A stretch of DNA of 64,000 bases. Origin: Rhizophagus irregularis (lineage: Eukaryota). The DNA lies in the NCBI RefSeq assembly GCF_026210795.1, contig NC_089430.1:5084001-5148000 (forward strand), in the 5' to 3' direction. The notes beneath the pieces are model-generated. The model did no database searches. It was not told the DNA's origin and was given only the letters and a program-made list of their open reading frames with translations. Shown piece by piece: positions 51,501 through 64,000 of the stretch. The first letter of the stretch is position 1; each line of letters begins with the position of its first letter. The position numbers and the translations under genes were made by a program.

Positions 51501-54500
51501 GGTTTCTGGATCTTGAGTTATTCCATAAACTTTATAAGGTACTGCAATCTACAATATATAAAGTCAGAAGTATAAAATATTCAACCATTTGTTTCTTAAA
51601 ATAACTTTTTTTTTTCGCAAAATGGCACAAAAAAAATTGAAAAATTTGATAAATTTATTATACCTTATTTATATATTTTAATGTAATACTTGCTGAGCTA
51701 TTTAAATTTTTCAGAATTACAAACATATTTTGATCTTCTCTTTCCCAATTTTGATTTTTACCATTCCATTTATTTAGACGTCCATCAATCCAATTTGCTC
51801 TGTACACTTTGCCAAACTCTTCATCTTCTGTAAAATATTTAACATCATAAAGTCTACCATAAGGTATCCATTCTAATGCTTTTTCTACCTTATATTTATT
51901 ATGATATGATAGCTGAATATCTTGAATAAATTTGTTGATATCATTATTACCACTAGTCCAATTTTTAAAATTTCGTTGAAAGCCTATTGAACTACATGTA
52001 AAATTACATTTTCCACATTTATTGAAATCCAAAACCACCATATAGTACCTGGTTTCTGGATCTTGAGCTATTCCATAAACTTTATAAGGTACCGCAATCT
52101 ACAATATATTAAAATAGAAATATTAGTAAAATTACCTATTTGTTTTAAATTAACTGGCAATTTTTTTTCACAAAATGGCATAGTACAATGTGATTAATAT
52201 ATATCATAATTTGCAAAAAAATGAAACTTTTGATAAATTTATTATACCTCATTTATATATTTTAATGTAATACTTGCTGGGCTATTTAAATTTTTCAGAA
52301 TTACAAACATATTTTGATCTTCTCTTTCCCAATTTTGATTTTTACCATTCCATTTATTTAGGCGTCCATCAATCCAATTTGCTCTGTACACTTTGCCAAA
52401 CTCATCATCTTCTGCAATATATTCAACATCATAAAGTTTATCATGAGGTATCAATTCTAATGCATGTGATATTTCACTATCCTTATGAACCAATAGCTGA
52501 GTATCTTGAATAAATTTATCAATATCATTATTACCACTAGTCCAATTTTTTAAAATTTCGTTGAAAATGTATTGAATTACACACATTATTACATTTTTCA
52601 CATATATCTTCTAAAACTACCATATAGTTCTTGGTTCCTGGATCTTGAGTTATTCCATAAACTTTATGAGATACCGCAATCTACAATATATAAAGTCAGA
52701 AGTATAAAATATTCAACCATTTGTTTCTTAAAATAACTTTTTTTTTTCGCAAAATGGCACAAAAAAAATTGAAAAATTTGATAAATTTATTATACCTTAT
52801 TTATATATTTTAATGTAATACTTGCTGGGCTATTTAAATTTTTCAGAATTACAAACATATTTTGATCTTCTCTTTCCCAATTTTGATTTTTACCATTCCA
52901 TTTATTTAGGCGTCCATCAATCCAATTTGCTCTGTACACTTTGCCAAACTCTTCATCTTCTGTAAAATATTTAACATCATAAAGTCTACCATAAGGTATC
53001 CATTCTAATGCTTTTTCTACCTTATATTTATTATGATATGATAGCTGAATATCTTGAATAAATTTGTTGATATCATTATTACCACTAGTCCAATTTTTAA
53101 AATTTCGTTGAAAATGTATTGAATTACACACATTATTACATTTTTCACATATATCTTCTAAAACTACCATATAGTTCTTGGTTCCTGGATCTTGAGTTAT
53201 TCCATAAACTTTATGAGATACCGCAATCTACAATATATAAAGTCAGAAGTATAAAATATTCAACCATTTGTTTCTTAAAATAACTTTTTTTTTTCGCAAA
53301 ATGGCACAAAAAAAATTGAAACTTTTGATAAATTTATTATACCTTATTTATAAATTCTAATGTAATACTTGCTGAATTATTTAAAATTTTCAGAATTACA
53401 AACATATTTTGCTCTTTTTTTTCCCAATTTTGATTTTTATCATTCCATTCATTTAGGCGTCCATCAATCCAATTTGCTCTGTACACTTTGCCAAACTCTT
53501 CATCTTCTGTAAAATATTTAACATCATAAAGTCTACCATAAGGTATCCATTCTAATGCTTTTTCTACCTTATATTTATTATGATATGATAGCTGAATATC
53601 TTGAATAAATTTGTTGATATCATTATTACCACTAGTCCAATTTTTAAAATTTCGTTGAAAGCCTATTGAACTACATGTAAAATTACATTTTCCACATTTA
53701 TTGAAATCCAAAACCACCATATAGTACCTGGTTTCTGGATCTTGAGCTATTCCATAAACTTTATAAGGTACCGCAATCTACAATATATTAAAATAGAAAT
53801 ATTAGTAAAATTACCTATTTGTTTTAAATTAACTGGCAATTTTTTTTCACAAAATGGCATAGTACAATGTGATTAATATATATCATAATTTGCAAAAAAA
53901 ATGAAACTTTTGATAAATTTATTATACCTCATTTATATATTTTAATGTAATACTTGCTGGGCTATTTAAATTTTTCAGAATTACAAACATATTTTGATCT
54001 TCTCTTTCCCAATTTTGATTTTTACCATTCCATTTATTTAGGCGTCCATCAATCCAATTTGCTCTGTACACTTTGCCAAACTCATCATCTTCTGCAATAT
54101 ATTCAACATCATAAAGTTTATCATGAGGTATCAATTCTAATGCATGTGATATTTCACTATCCTTATGAACCAATAGCTGAGTATCTTGAATAAATTTATC
54201 AATATCATTATTACCACTAGTCCAATTTTTAAAATTTCGTTGAAAATGTATTGAATTACACACATTATTACATTTTTCACATATATCTTCTAAAACTACC
54301 ATATAGTTCTTGGTTCCTGGATCTTGAGTTATTCCATAAACTTTATGAGGTACCGCAATCTACAATATATTAAAATAGAAATATTAGTAAAATTATCTAT
54401 TTGTTTAATCAACTGGCAATTTTTTTTTTTCACAAAATGGCATAGTACAATGTGATTAATTTATATACAATTCACAAAAAAAAATGAAACTTTTGATAAA

Positions 54501-57500
54501 TTTATTATACCTTATCTATATATTTTGATGTAACAATTGCTGGGTTATTTAAATTTTTCAGAATTACAAACATATTTTGATCTTCTCTTTCCCAATTTTG
54601 ATTTTTATCATTCCATTCATTTAGGCGTCCATCAATCCAATTTGCTCTGTACACTTTGCCAAACTCATCATTTTTTGTAATATATTTAACATCATAAAGT
54701 CTATCATAAGGTATCCATTCTAGTGCTTTCTTTACATCATCATGAGCATCTGATAGTTGGGTATCTTGAATAAACTTATCAATATCATTATTGCCACTAG
54801 TCCAATCTATAAATGTCTGTTGAAAATGCATTGAATTACACACTTTATTACATTTTTTACATTTATAATTCAAAACCATCATATAGTTCTTGGTTTCTGG
54901 ATCTTGAGTTATTCCATAAACTTTATAAGGTACTGCAGTCTACAATATATTAAGTAAAAATATCAGTAAAAGTAAAATTTTTACCAATTTTTTTTCACAA
55001 AATAACACAGTACTGTACAATTATATTAATTAAATGAAACTTTTAATAAATTCATACCTTATATATAAATTCAAATGAAATACTTGCTGGATTATTTAAA
55101 ATTTTCAAAATTACAAACATATTTTGATCTTCTCTTTCCCAATTTTGATTTTTACCATTCCATTTATTTAGGCGTCCATCAATCCAATTTGCTCTGTACA
55201 CTTTGCCAAACTCATCATCTTCTTCAATATATTTAATATCATAAAGTCTATCATAAGGTATCCATTCTAATGCACTTTTTACCTCATAATAAGTATGTGC
55301 TGATAGCTGAGTATGTTGAATAAATTTATTGATATCATTATTACCACTAGTCCAGTTTTTAAAATTTCGTTGAAAAAGTATTGAAGTACATGTATAATTA
55401 CATTTTCCGCATTCACTGAAATCCAAAACTACCATATAGTTCTTGGTTTCTGGATCTTGAGCTATTCCATAAACTTTATAAGGTACCGCAATCTACAATA
55501 TATTAAAATAGAAATATTAGTAAAATTATCTATTTGTTTAATCAACTGGCAATTTTTTTTTTTCACAAAATGGCATAGTACAATGTGATTAATTTATATA
55601 CAATTCACAAAAAAAAATGAAACTTTTGATAAATTTATTATACCTTATCTATATATATTGATGTAACAATTGCTGGGTTATTTAAATTTTTCAGAATTAC
55701 AAACATATTTTGATCTTCTCTTTCCCAATTTTGATTTTTATCATTCCATTCATTTAGGCGTCCATCAATCCAATTTGCTCTGTACACTTTGCCAAACTCA
55801 TCATTTTTTGTAATATATTTAACATCATAAAGTCTATCATAAGGTATCCATTCTAGTGCTTTCTTTACATCATCATGAGCATATGATAGTTGGGTATCTT
55901 GAATGAATTTATCAATATCATTATTATCGCTAGTCCAATTTTTAAAATTTTGTTGAAAATGTATTGAATTACACACATTATTACATTTTTCACATATATC
56001 ATTCAAAACCATCATATAGTTCTTGGTTTCTGGATCTTGAGTTATTCCATAAACTTTATAAGGTACTGCAGTCTACAATATATTAAGTAAAAATATCAGT
56101 AAAAGTAAAATTTTTACCAATTTTTTTTCACAAAATAACACAGTACTGTACAATTATATTAATTAAATGAAACTTTTAATAAATTCATACCTTATATATA
56201 AATTCAAATGAAATACTTGCTGGATTATTTAAAATTTTCAAAATTACAAACATATTTTGATCTTCTCTTTCCCAATTTTGATTTTTACCATTCCATTTAT
56301 TTAGGCGTCCATCAATCCAATTTGCTCTGTACACTTTGCCAAACTCATCATCTTCTTCAATATATTTAATATCATAAAGTCTATCATAAGGTATCCATTC
56401 TAATGCACTTTTTACCTCATAATAAGTATGTGCTGATAGCTGAGTATGTTGAATAAATTTATTGATATCATTATTACCACTAGTCCAGTTTTTAAAATTT
56501 CGTTGAAAAAGTATTGAAGTACATGTATAATTACATTTTCCGCATTCACTGAAATCCAAAACTACCATATAGTTCTTGGTTTCTGGATCTTGAGCTATTC
56601 CATAAACTTTATAAGGTACCGCAATCTACAATATATTAAAATAGAAATATTAGTAAAATTATCTATTTGTTTAATCAACTGGCAATTTTTTTTTTTCACA
56701 AAATGGCATAGTACAATGTGATTAATTTATATACAATTCACAAAAATAAATGAAACTTTTGATAAATTTATTATACCTTATCTATATATTTTGATGTAAC
56801 AATTGCTGGGTTATTTAAATTTTTCAGAATTACAAACATATTTTGATCTTCTCTTTCCCAATTTTGATTTTTATCATTCCATTCATTTAGGCGTCCATCA
56901 ATCCAATTTGCTCTGTACACTTTGCCAAACTCATCATCTTCTTCAATATATTTAATATCATAAAGTCTATCATAAGGTATCCATTCTAATGCACTTTTTA
57001 CCTCATAATAAGTATGTGCTGATAGCTGAGTATGTTGAATAAATTTATTGATATCATTATTACCACTAGTCCAGTTTTTAAAATTTCGTTGAAAAAGTAT
57101 TGAAGTACATGTATAATTACATTTTCCGCATTCACTGAAATCCAAAACTACCATATAGTTCTTGGTTTCTGGATCTTGAGCTATTCCATAAACTTTATAA
57201 GGTACCGCAATCTACAATATATTAAAATAGAAATATTAGTAAAATTATCTATTTGTTTAATCAACTGGCAATTTTTTTTTTCACAAAATGGCATAGTACA
57301 ATGTGATTAATTTATATACAATTCACAAAAAAAAATGAAACTTTTGATAAATTTATTATACCTTATCTATATATTTTGATGTAACAATTGCTGGGTTATT
57401 TAAATTTTTCAGAATTACAAACATATTTTGATCTTCTCTTTCCCAATTTTGATTTTTATCATTCCATTCATTTAGGCGTCCATCAATCCAATTTGCTCTG

Positions 57501-58340
57501 TACACTTTGCCAAACTCATCATTTTTTGTAATATATTTAACATCATAAAGTCTATCATAGGTATCCATTCTAGTGCTTTCTTTACATCATCATGAGCATC
57601 TGATAGTTGGGTATCTTGAATGAATTTATCAATATCATTATTATCGCTAGTCCAATTTTTAAAATTTTGTTGAAAATGTATTGAATTACACACATTATTA
57701 CATTTTTCACATATATCATTCAAAACTACCATATAGTTCTTGGTTTCTGGATCTTGAGTTATTCCATAAACTTTATGAGATACTGCAATCTACAATATAT
57801 TAAAATAGAAATATTAGTAAAATTATCTATTTGTTTTAATCAACTGGCAATTTTTTTTTTCACAAAATGGCATAGTACAATGTGCGTGATTAATTTATAT
57901 TATAATTCACAAAAAAAAAAATGAAACTTTTGATAAATCTATTATACCTTATCTATATATCTTGATGTAATACTTGCTACGTTATTTAAAATTTTCAGAT
58001 TTATAAACATATTTTGACCTCCTCTTTCCCAATTTTGTTTTTCATCATTCCATTTATTCAGGTGTCCATCAGTCCAATTTGCTCTGTACACTTTGCCAAA
58101 TTCATCATCTGCTGCAATATATTTAATATCATAAAGTCTTTCATAAGGTATCCATTCTAATGCATTTCTTACCATATATTCATTATGATCTGATAGCTGA
58201 GTATTTTGAATAAATTTATTAATACCATTATTACCACTCGTCCAATTTTTAAAATTTTGTTTAAACCGTATTGCGTTACATTCGTAATCACAATCACATG
58301 ACTTAATCAGCTTTTTAACGCTTTTGATAAAGGAATCCAT
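48569..58340 (-). CDS. Giant TKL-type kinase with 15 tandem Cys-module/N-lobe exons, ~2500 aa if all exons are used
   Basis: Exons: 58340-57948, 57789-57362, 57211-56777, 56625-56191, 56072-55644, 55492-55058, 54939-54511, 54359-53928, 53777-53343, 53227-52796, 52680-52248, 52098-51664, 51548-51132, 50981-50553, 50386-49976 (all phase 0), catalytic exon 49907-49010 (HRDLHIGN, DMG, APE), tail exons 48942-48835, 48770-48666, 48600-48569. Exons 2 and 11 each carry a 1-bp indel. Confidence 0.85.
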
Positions 58341-59584
58341 TGAGAGTTTTTCTACTAAAATAAATACATATAAAAGGCGGAAATTAAAAAAATTTCAGTA
58401 GTAGTAGTAAGAAAACAATTTCGCCCGATGCTTTAATAAATAGAAGAACAATACTTATGCATAATTATGTATTGCTGATCAGCCGTAATGTGGGCTGAAT
58501 TTTTTACAACCGATTATTTGTCGATCATTTTCAGTTTAAACGCACTTGATATAACACAATTGTTAAGAAAATTGAGGAATGTAATCATTCCAAAGTCATA
58601 AATTAGATACATAGACAGAGCATTTTTATAGGTTATTTATGGTATATATTATATGTTTATAATTTATATCAGTCAATGATATATTGAAGTAAGAACAATG
58701 CTTATGCATAATTACGTATTTCTGATCTACCATGTAATGATTGTAATGTGGATGAGAATTCTATAAAAAATTCGACCGATTATTTGCCGATCATTTTTAT
58801 TTTAACGCACGTGAATTCTTCTTGTTAGAATTAAATAATTTGGAAACCTTTTGAACTAAAATATAATGTATTCATTTTAAAGCCATAACTTAGATACATA
58901 GATGAGCATTTTTAGGTTTGCCATATATTATATGTTTATAAAGTTATAAGCTAATTATTCGCTATCTAAAACTTAATACTGTAATAAATATCAGTCAATA
59001 ATGTATTTAACCATGAAAGAAAATCATCATGTGGAAATAACTTTTCCTTCTAACTTTCTGAAAACTTGAGAGCAAAAAAAAATTGAATTGAAAAGAAGTA
59101 GAATCCTACCTAATATACAGAACATACAATCCTCACTTTTTATTTAATAAAAAGTATGTGAAAAAAAAATTATTTTATTTATTTACTGCGGATTTTTAAT
59201 AAAAATGACGGAAAACGGAAGGAGTTTCTTCAAATTTTCGATTTTTGGTTTTTTTTATTTTTGATTATAAAATTAAATTTAAGCACTTATATTAATTTAT
59301 CATGTGATATATTGTGGAGTATTTTTATTGGTTGATGGATTTTCCACTCAGATGAACCAATTTTTTTTTGTCGTCTTATTATTCCTATTTCTAATTTTAT
59401 GGAACTATTTAGAAGTTAGAACTTCCTGTCATGACTAAGACAACTTGTTAATAATAAAATAACACCGGCTGCTTTATCTTCTGATAATTTCCAAGTCAGA
59501 CTAGCTCGATCACGAATTCCGTACTAACAAATCCATACCGCCCAGTCAGTGGCCGAACTACCCAAAATACAAAATAAGACGTTA

Positions 59585-59794
59585 CAACTGATTTCATAAT
59601 GTGCGAGACACTTAGCAAATTTTAAAGAACTCGGAAGTATTCGGTAAAGCTTGATATAAAATAAAAATTATACGCTAATTTTGGAGTACTATTCCGAGAA
59701 TGGTGGTATAATTTTATCTTATTTTGAACTTTTACCGAATATTTCCGAGTTCTTTAAATTTTGCCAAGTGTCCCGTACATTATGAAATCAGCTG
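59585..59794. mobile_element. Tc1/mariner-type MITE with TA target duplication
   Basis: TA|CAACTGATTTCATAATG...CATTATGAAATCAGCTG|TA, with ~65-bp imperfect inverted arms. Confidence 0.82.
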
Positions 59795-61432
59795 TAAACA
59801 AACCATAGTTCACTAATATTATATCACGTTAAAATTTATAATTATAGAATATCTGAATATTTGTCAAATTTTAATAATAATAAATTTAGAAAATAAAATA
59901 AAATAAAATAGGTCAATTAAAAAAGATCAATTAAATAATTAAAATTAATTGTTACCTAAATTTTTTGCAAAATTTTCTTTTTTAAATAGTCGGTCAGAAT
60001 TGACGGCAAAGGTGCTTTAGGTAGGTTATTTTGGTATAGGTAGAACAAATTTGCCGATTAATCGTTGATTAAAATAAACCTTCTGCGTATTTGTAATTTG
60101 TTTCGCAAAAAAAATAACAAAAAATTAAATTTGATTTCATCATAAAATCATAAAGAACGTAATTACAAAAATACCTGCTGAGATTAATTATATAAATTCT
60201 TCTCTTTCAGCATTATCCTAAAAAAAAAGAATCATTGATTTTTACATTGCAAAAAAATTCATTGGTTTTCCATCACATTATTTGATATAGATTTAGGATC
60301 GGAGACGGATTCGGAAAATCAAGTTAAAACGGGGTTTTCATACAAACAATGTAGGAATTATTTATTTTAATTTTGGGTTAATTCCTATAAAGGAAACCAT
60401 TTCCCATAATGAGATTTGTAGACTGCCTTATTGTCAAAATGATATTATCGGTAATCCCCGTGATTTGATAAAAAATAAACAGCACCAACAAATCCAAATA
60501 ATCTAGTTTAACGATATTCAACATCAAATTTTGCGAAAATTACGAAAAATCGGATTATCGGAGTAATTTTTATCATACAAAAATTATAACATTTCCGAAT
60601 TTCTAAACACGGTTATAACAATTCCGAATCTCCGAAATCTGAATGATACTTTTGGTATAATTTTAATCGAATTAAATAAATTAAATATGTACGAAATTTT
60701 TTTTTTTAATTTTTAAAAAGTAATTAATACAAAACATAAACCTAAATTCAGCAATCCACATAATGAACGGATAAAATTACACTTGAATGACAAAAATATC
60801 ATTTATTTCGGCCGAAACAAAGTTTTTTTTTTTTATAATATTTACGACATATAAGGATCATCTTTTGTTTCCCAATTTGTTGAATCATTACCTAATATGG
60901 TATAGTAAATTATTTTTCAAACCGAATCCTGTTTCACAAGTCAGGGGTTTTTTAAATGGATATCAATTTAAGGTAACCAGACTAACTAAATAATGGGAAA
61001 CAGGAAAATGATTTTATTTGATTGCAGATTACATAAGGGATACAAGGGGGTAAAATAAAGAACAATATTTAAAAATGAAATTTTTAATTAATTTTTTTTT
61101 TTTTTTTAACCTTTTTAATCGACACGAAACAAAAATTTTATTTGCTGATTTATAAGATTACAAAGATTATAATAAAATCTTATCAAATATCTCAGTTCTT
61201 TGTATAATAAAATTTTAATTGGAGGATGAATGAGATCCATTATCAATAATTCTTTCCTTTTTTAAAAAACAATAAAGTACCTTAAAGATAATTTTGATTC
61301 GTTGCGAGTAACCATTATTATTATTTTTTTTTTAAAAATATATATATATATATATATATTCCTTTTTTTACGTTCCCTTTTTTTTTTGAACGAATTCTTC
61401 AAAAAAAAACCTAAAACCCAAGAAAAAAAAAC

Positions 61433-62940
61433 ATGGCCAATATTCGTAGAGAAGCTGTTAATGCTGCATATGATAAAGCATACGCATTAATAAATAATGA
61501 TGATATGCATAAAAGATTTAAAGAAATAAAAGAATTTGTTAATAATGATGAAACACTTAGTAAAGAAGAAAAATTAGAAGTGATAAAAAGGTTTGATGGA
61601 GATTATGATTATTTTAAAGTTGTTAAGAATGATGGAATCAAAAGAGATTGTGAGAATTGTAAAGAAAAATGTTTAGCAACATTATATTGTGAAAATTGTG
61701 TTAGAAAATATTTAAAATCCGAATTTTCAAATTGGACATCTGAAAATAAAATTATTGATTCTTTAATACAAAAATGTCAACAAGAATCATTAATTCCATA
61801 TATGATATTTGAATGGATTCCATATGATAGACTTAAAAATATCAAATTTTTGGTTAAAGGTGGTTATTCTGATATTTATACAGCTGATTGGGAAGATGGA
61901 TGTTATAAAGAATGGGATCTTGAAGAAAAAAAATTGAAAAGGTCTGGAACTAGTAAAGTAGCACTTAAAAGATTAGAAACTATTGAAGGTGATAATAAAA
62001 CTTGGCTTGAAGAGGTAATTATAACTTTATGAAAAGTATTTTTTTTTAAATGTAATATTAACTTTAACATATAATATTTTCCATATATGTAGGCTTTGTA
62101 TATTAGTAATAAATGGGGAAGTATTGTCCAATGTTATGGTTTTACAAAAGATCCAACTGATGACAAATTTATGCTCGTCATGAATTATATGGATACGGAT
62201 TTAAGGAGATATTTACAAAAAAATCGTAATCAAATTACATGGAAAACGAAAATTCAAATTATTTTTGAAATTGTTAAAGCACTTTCTAGAGTTCATGAGG
62301 AAAATTCAGTTCATAAAAATTTACACTCAGGAAATGTATTATATTTAAAAAATAAGAATGATTGGTATATTAGTGATGTTGAATTTTATGGACCTGCTAA
62401 TAAACCATTAAATAGTGTATATGGAAATCTTTCTTACATGGCACCTGAAGTTATTTATAAAAGTGAATACAGTTTTAAATCCGATATTTATTCTGTTGCA
62501 ATACTTATGTGGGAAGTTTTATCAGAACAACCACCATTTCTTAATAATAATAATGATCAAGATCTTGCATTAAATATTGTTAATGGGACAAGACCGAAAA
62601 TATTACCAGGAACTCCTGAAATATTTAAAAAATTAATGGAAGAATGTTGGGATGCAAATCCGGAAAAAAGACCTGATATTCAGACACTTTGGAACAAAAT
62701 CGAAGATATTAATAAATCAATTCATGAAAATAACGATAATTGGAAAGATGTAAATATTGATATAAACCCTAATATTACTGAATTAACTTATAATAATAGT
62801 AAGGTTTATACTTTTAAAGATTTACCTAAACCAAAAAATGCCACCAAAGGTGATGTATTATTAAATTAATCGACTTTTACTGATGATTTTACAGATTATT
62901 AATCAGAAAAAAATATACACATATATTTTTAGATATCTAA
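61433..62940 (+). CDS. TKL-family probable pseudokinase, 3 exons
   Basis: Exons 61433-62014, 62093-62849, 62933-62940. CENC...CENC and NWTSEN...WIPYD N-module, VALK, APE, DIYS present, but HKN replaces HRD and DVE replaces DFG. Confidence 0.85.
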
Positions 62941-64000
62941 ATTTAACACTTTCGGAAATTATATACAATATTATAACATTATTTTTATTATATATATATA
63001 TATTATGAATTATTTAAACACTTAGTTCATGATATTTCTAGGTTTGTAATTTAAATAATTCAATTTTTATTATTTTTTATTATATATTATCCATCATATT
63101 GTTAAATAAAGTTTGAATATTTAAATATTTACAATATAAAAAATACTTCTAAAATTTTGAAATTGATTGTTTTGGATTGTCTCGTATTTGGATAAATGTA
63201 AAAATGAGTTGTTTGAACACCTTTTACGACTTTCACGCTCATCGCTCGATCCCAAATGAAATTTTACAAACTTTGGAGTCTAACTTTGTTTTGTAGAGAA
63301 AAAAATAATAAAACGAGTGTATAACTTCCAATAAATAGATATGCATTTTAGATCAAGAGATGATGCTAAAAAAGTATACAACTATACATTATTGCATTAG
63401 TACATGAAATTCTCCCATAAAATCCTCAGAAATTAACAAAGTCTAAAATCTAAATTTTAAGATATTTTATAGAATTTACTTACTAAATATGAACGTTCAA
63501 GGTAGAACATTTATTTAGGGAATTTAAAAATTATAGTTTATTAGAGTGCTATATAAATTTATAAATTTATGTTCATATGTTCATACTCCTTATATTTTAT
63601 ATTTTTCTTTCTCGTATTAAAATACTTCTTTTTTTCAACTGATAAATATAAAAAAAAAAATATTTCATATAAATAAGAATCTACGAAGTTTAGAAAGCGC
63701 TCGAAGAAATACTATTTTTGAAATCTAAAAAATTATATAGGTGTCAAGAAGGAACTGCATTTTAATGAATTTCATGTGCATTCTATTTTATTTTCTTCTT
63801 GTACTGTAATCTGTAGGTCTACTAATTTGACCCTTTCCGTAAAAAGATATAATAATAAAAAAATGATGGAAAAATTCTTTAATAAATATATAATATTAAT
63901 TAGATTTACGATATATTCTGGAGTATTTCAACAAAGTTCAAACTTTATCTAAAAAAATTTTTGTAAATGGGCATAAATTTTCTTAAAGTTTATAAACTTC

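Noticed and set aside
50547..58340. Fourteen or more separate small genes starting MVVL
   Set aside because: Conserved splice acceptors lie ~57 bp upstream of each Met and donors precede each stop, so they are better explained as exons.

Overview
Very AT-rich, intron-containing eukaryotic DNA. The gene families (tyrosine-kinase-like kinases with a WTSGN...WIPY N-terminal module, Plavaka and En/Spm-type transposases) point to an arbuscular mycorrhizal fungus such as Rhizophagus; this is inferred from family recognition, not from a database hit. About 6.3-47.5 kb is a transposon-dense block. It contains a nest that can be rebuilt from terminal repeats (TIRs) and target-site duplications (TSDs): a Plavaka gene interrupted by a CACTG MITE, holding a two-gene CACTA-like element, holding a non-autonomous CACTG element. 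The block also has a near-intact two-gene CACTA-like element (30490-38894), a hAT-like non-autonomous element carrying a probable solo LTR, and several MITEs and minisatellites. Paralogous kinase loci flank the block. Three things stand out. (1) A ~9.8 kb gene (58340-48569, minus) built from 15 tandem phase-0 exons, each encoding a Cys-module plus a kinase N-lobe; 14 have a dead glycine loop and a hypervariable segment, and only the last N-lobe is canonical and joins one catalytic C-lobe. (2) Unrelated non-autonomous elements carry tandem micro-exon/intron arrays whose branch point sits in a hairpin loop. (3) A conserved, divergently transcribed accessory gene of unknown function occurs in three CACTA-like elements. 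All coordinates were read by eye; splice models are predictions.
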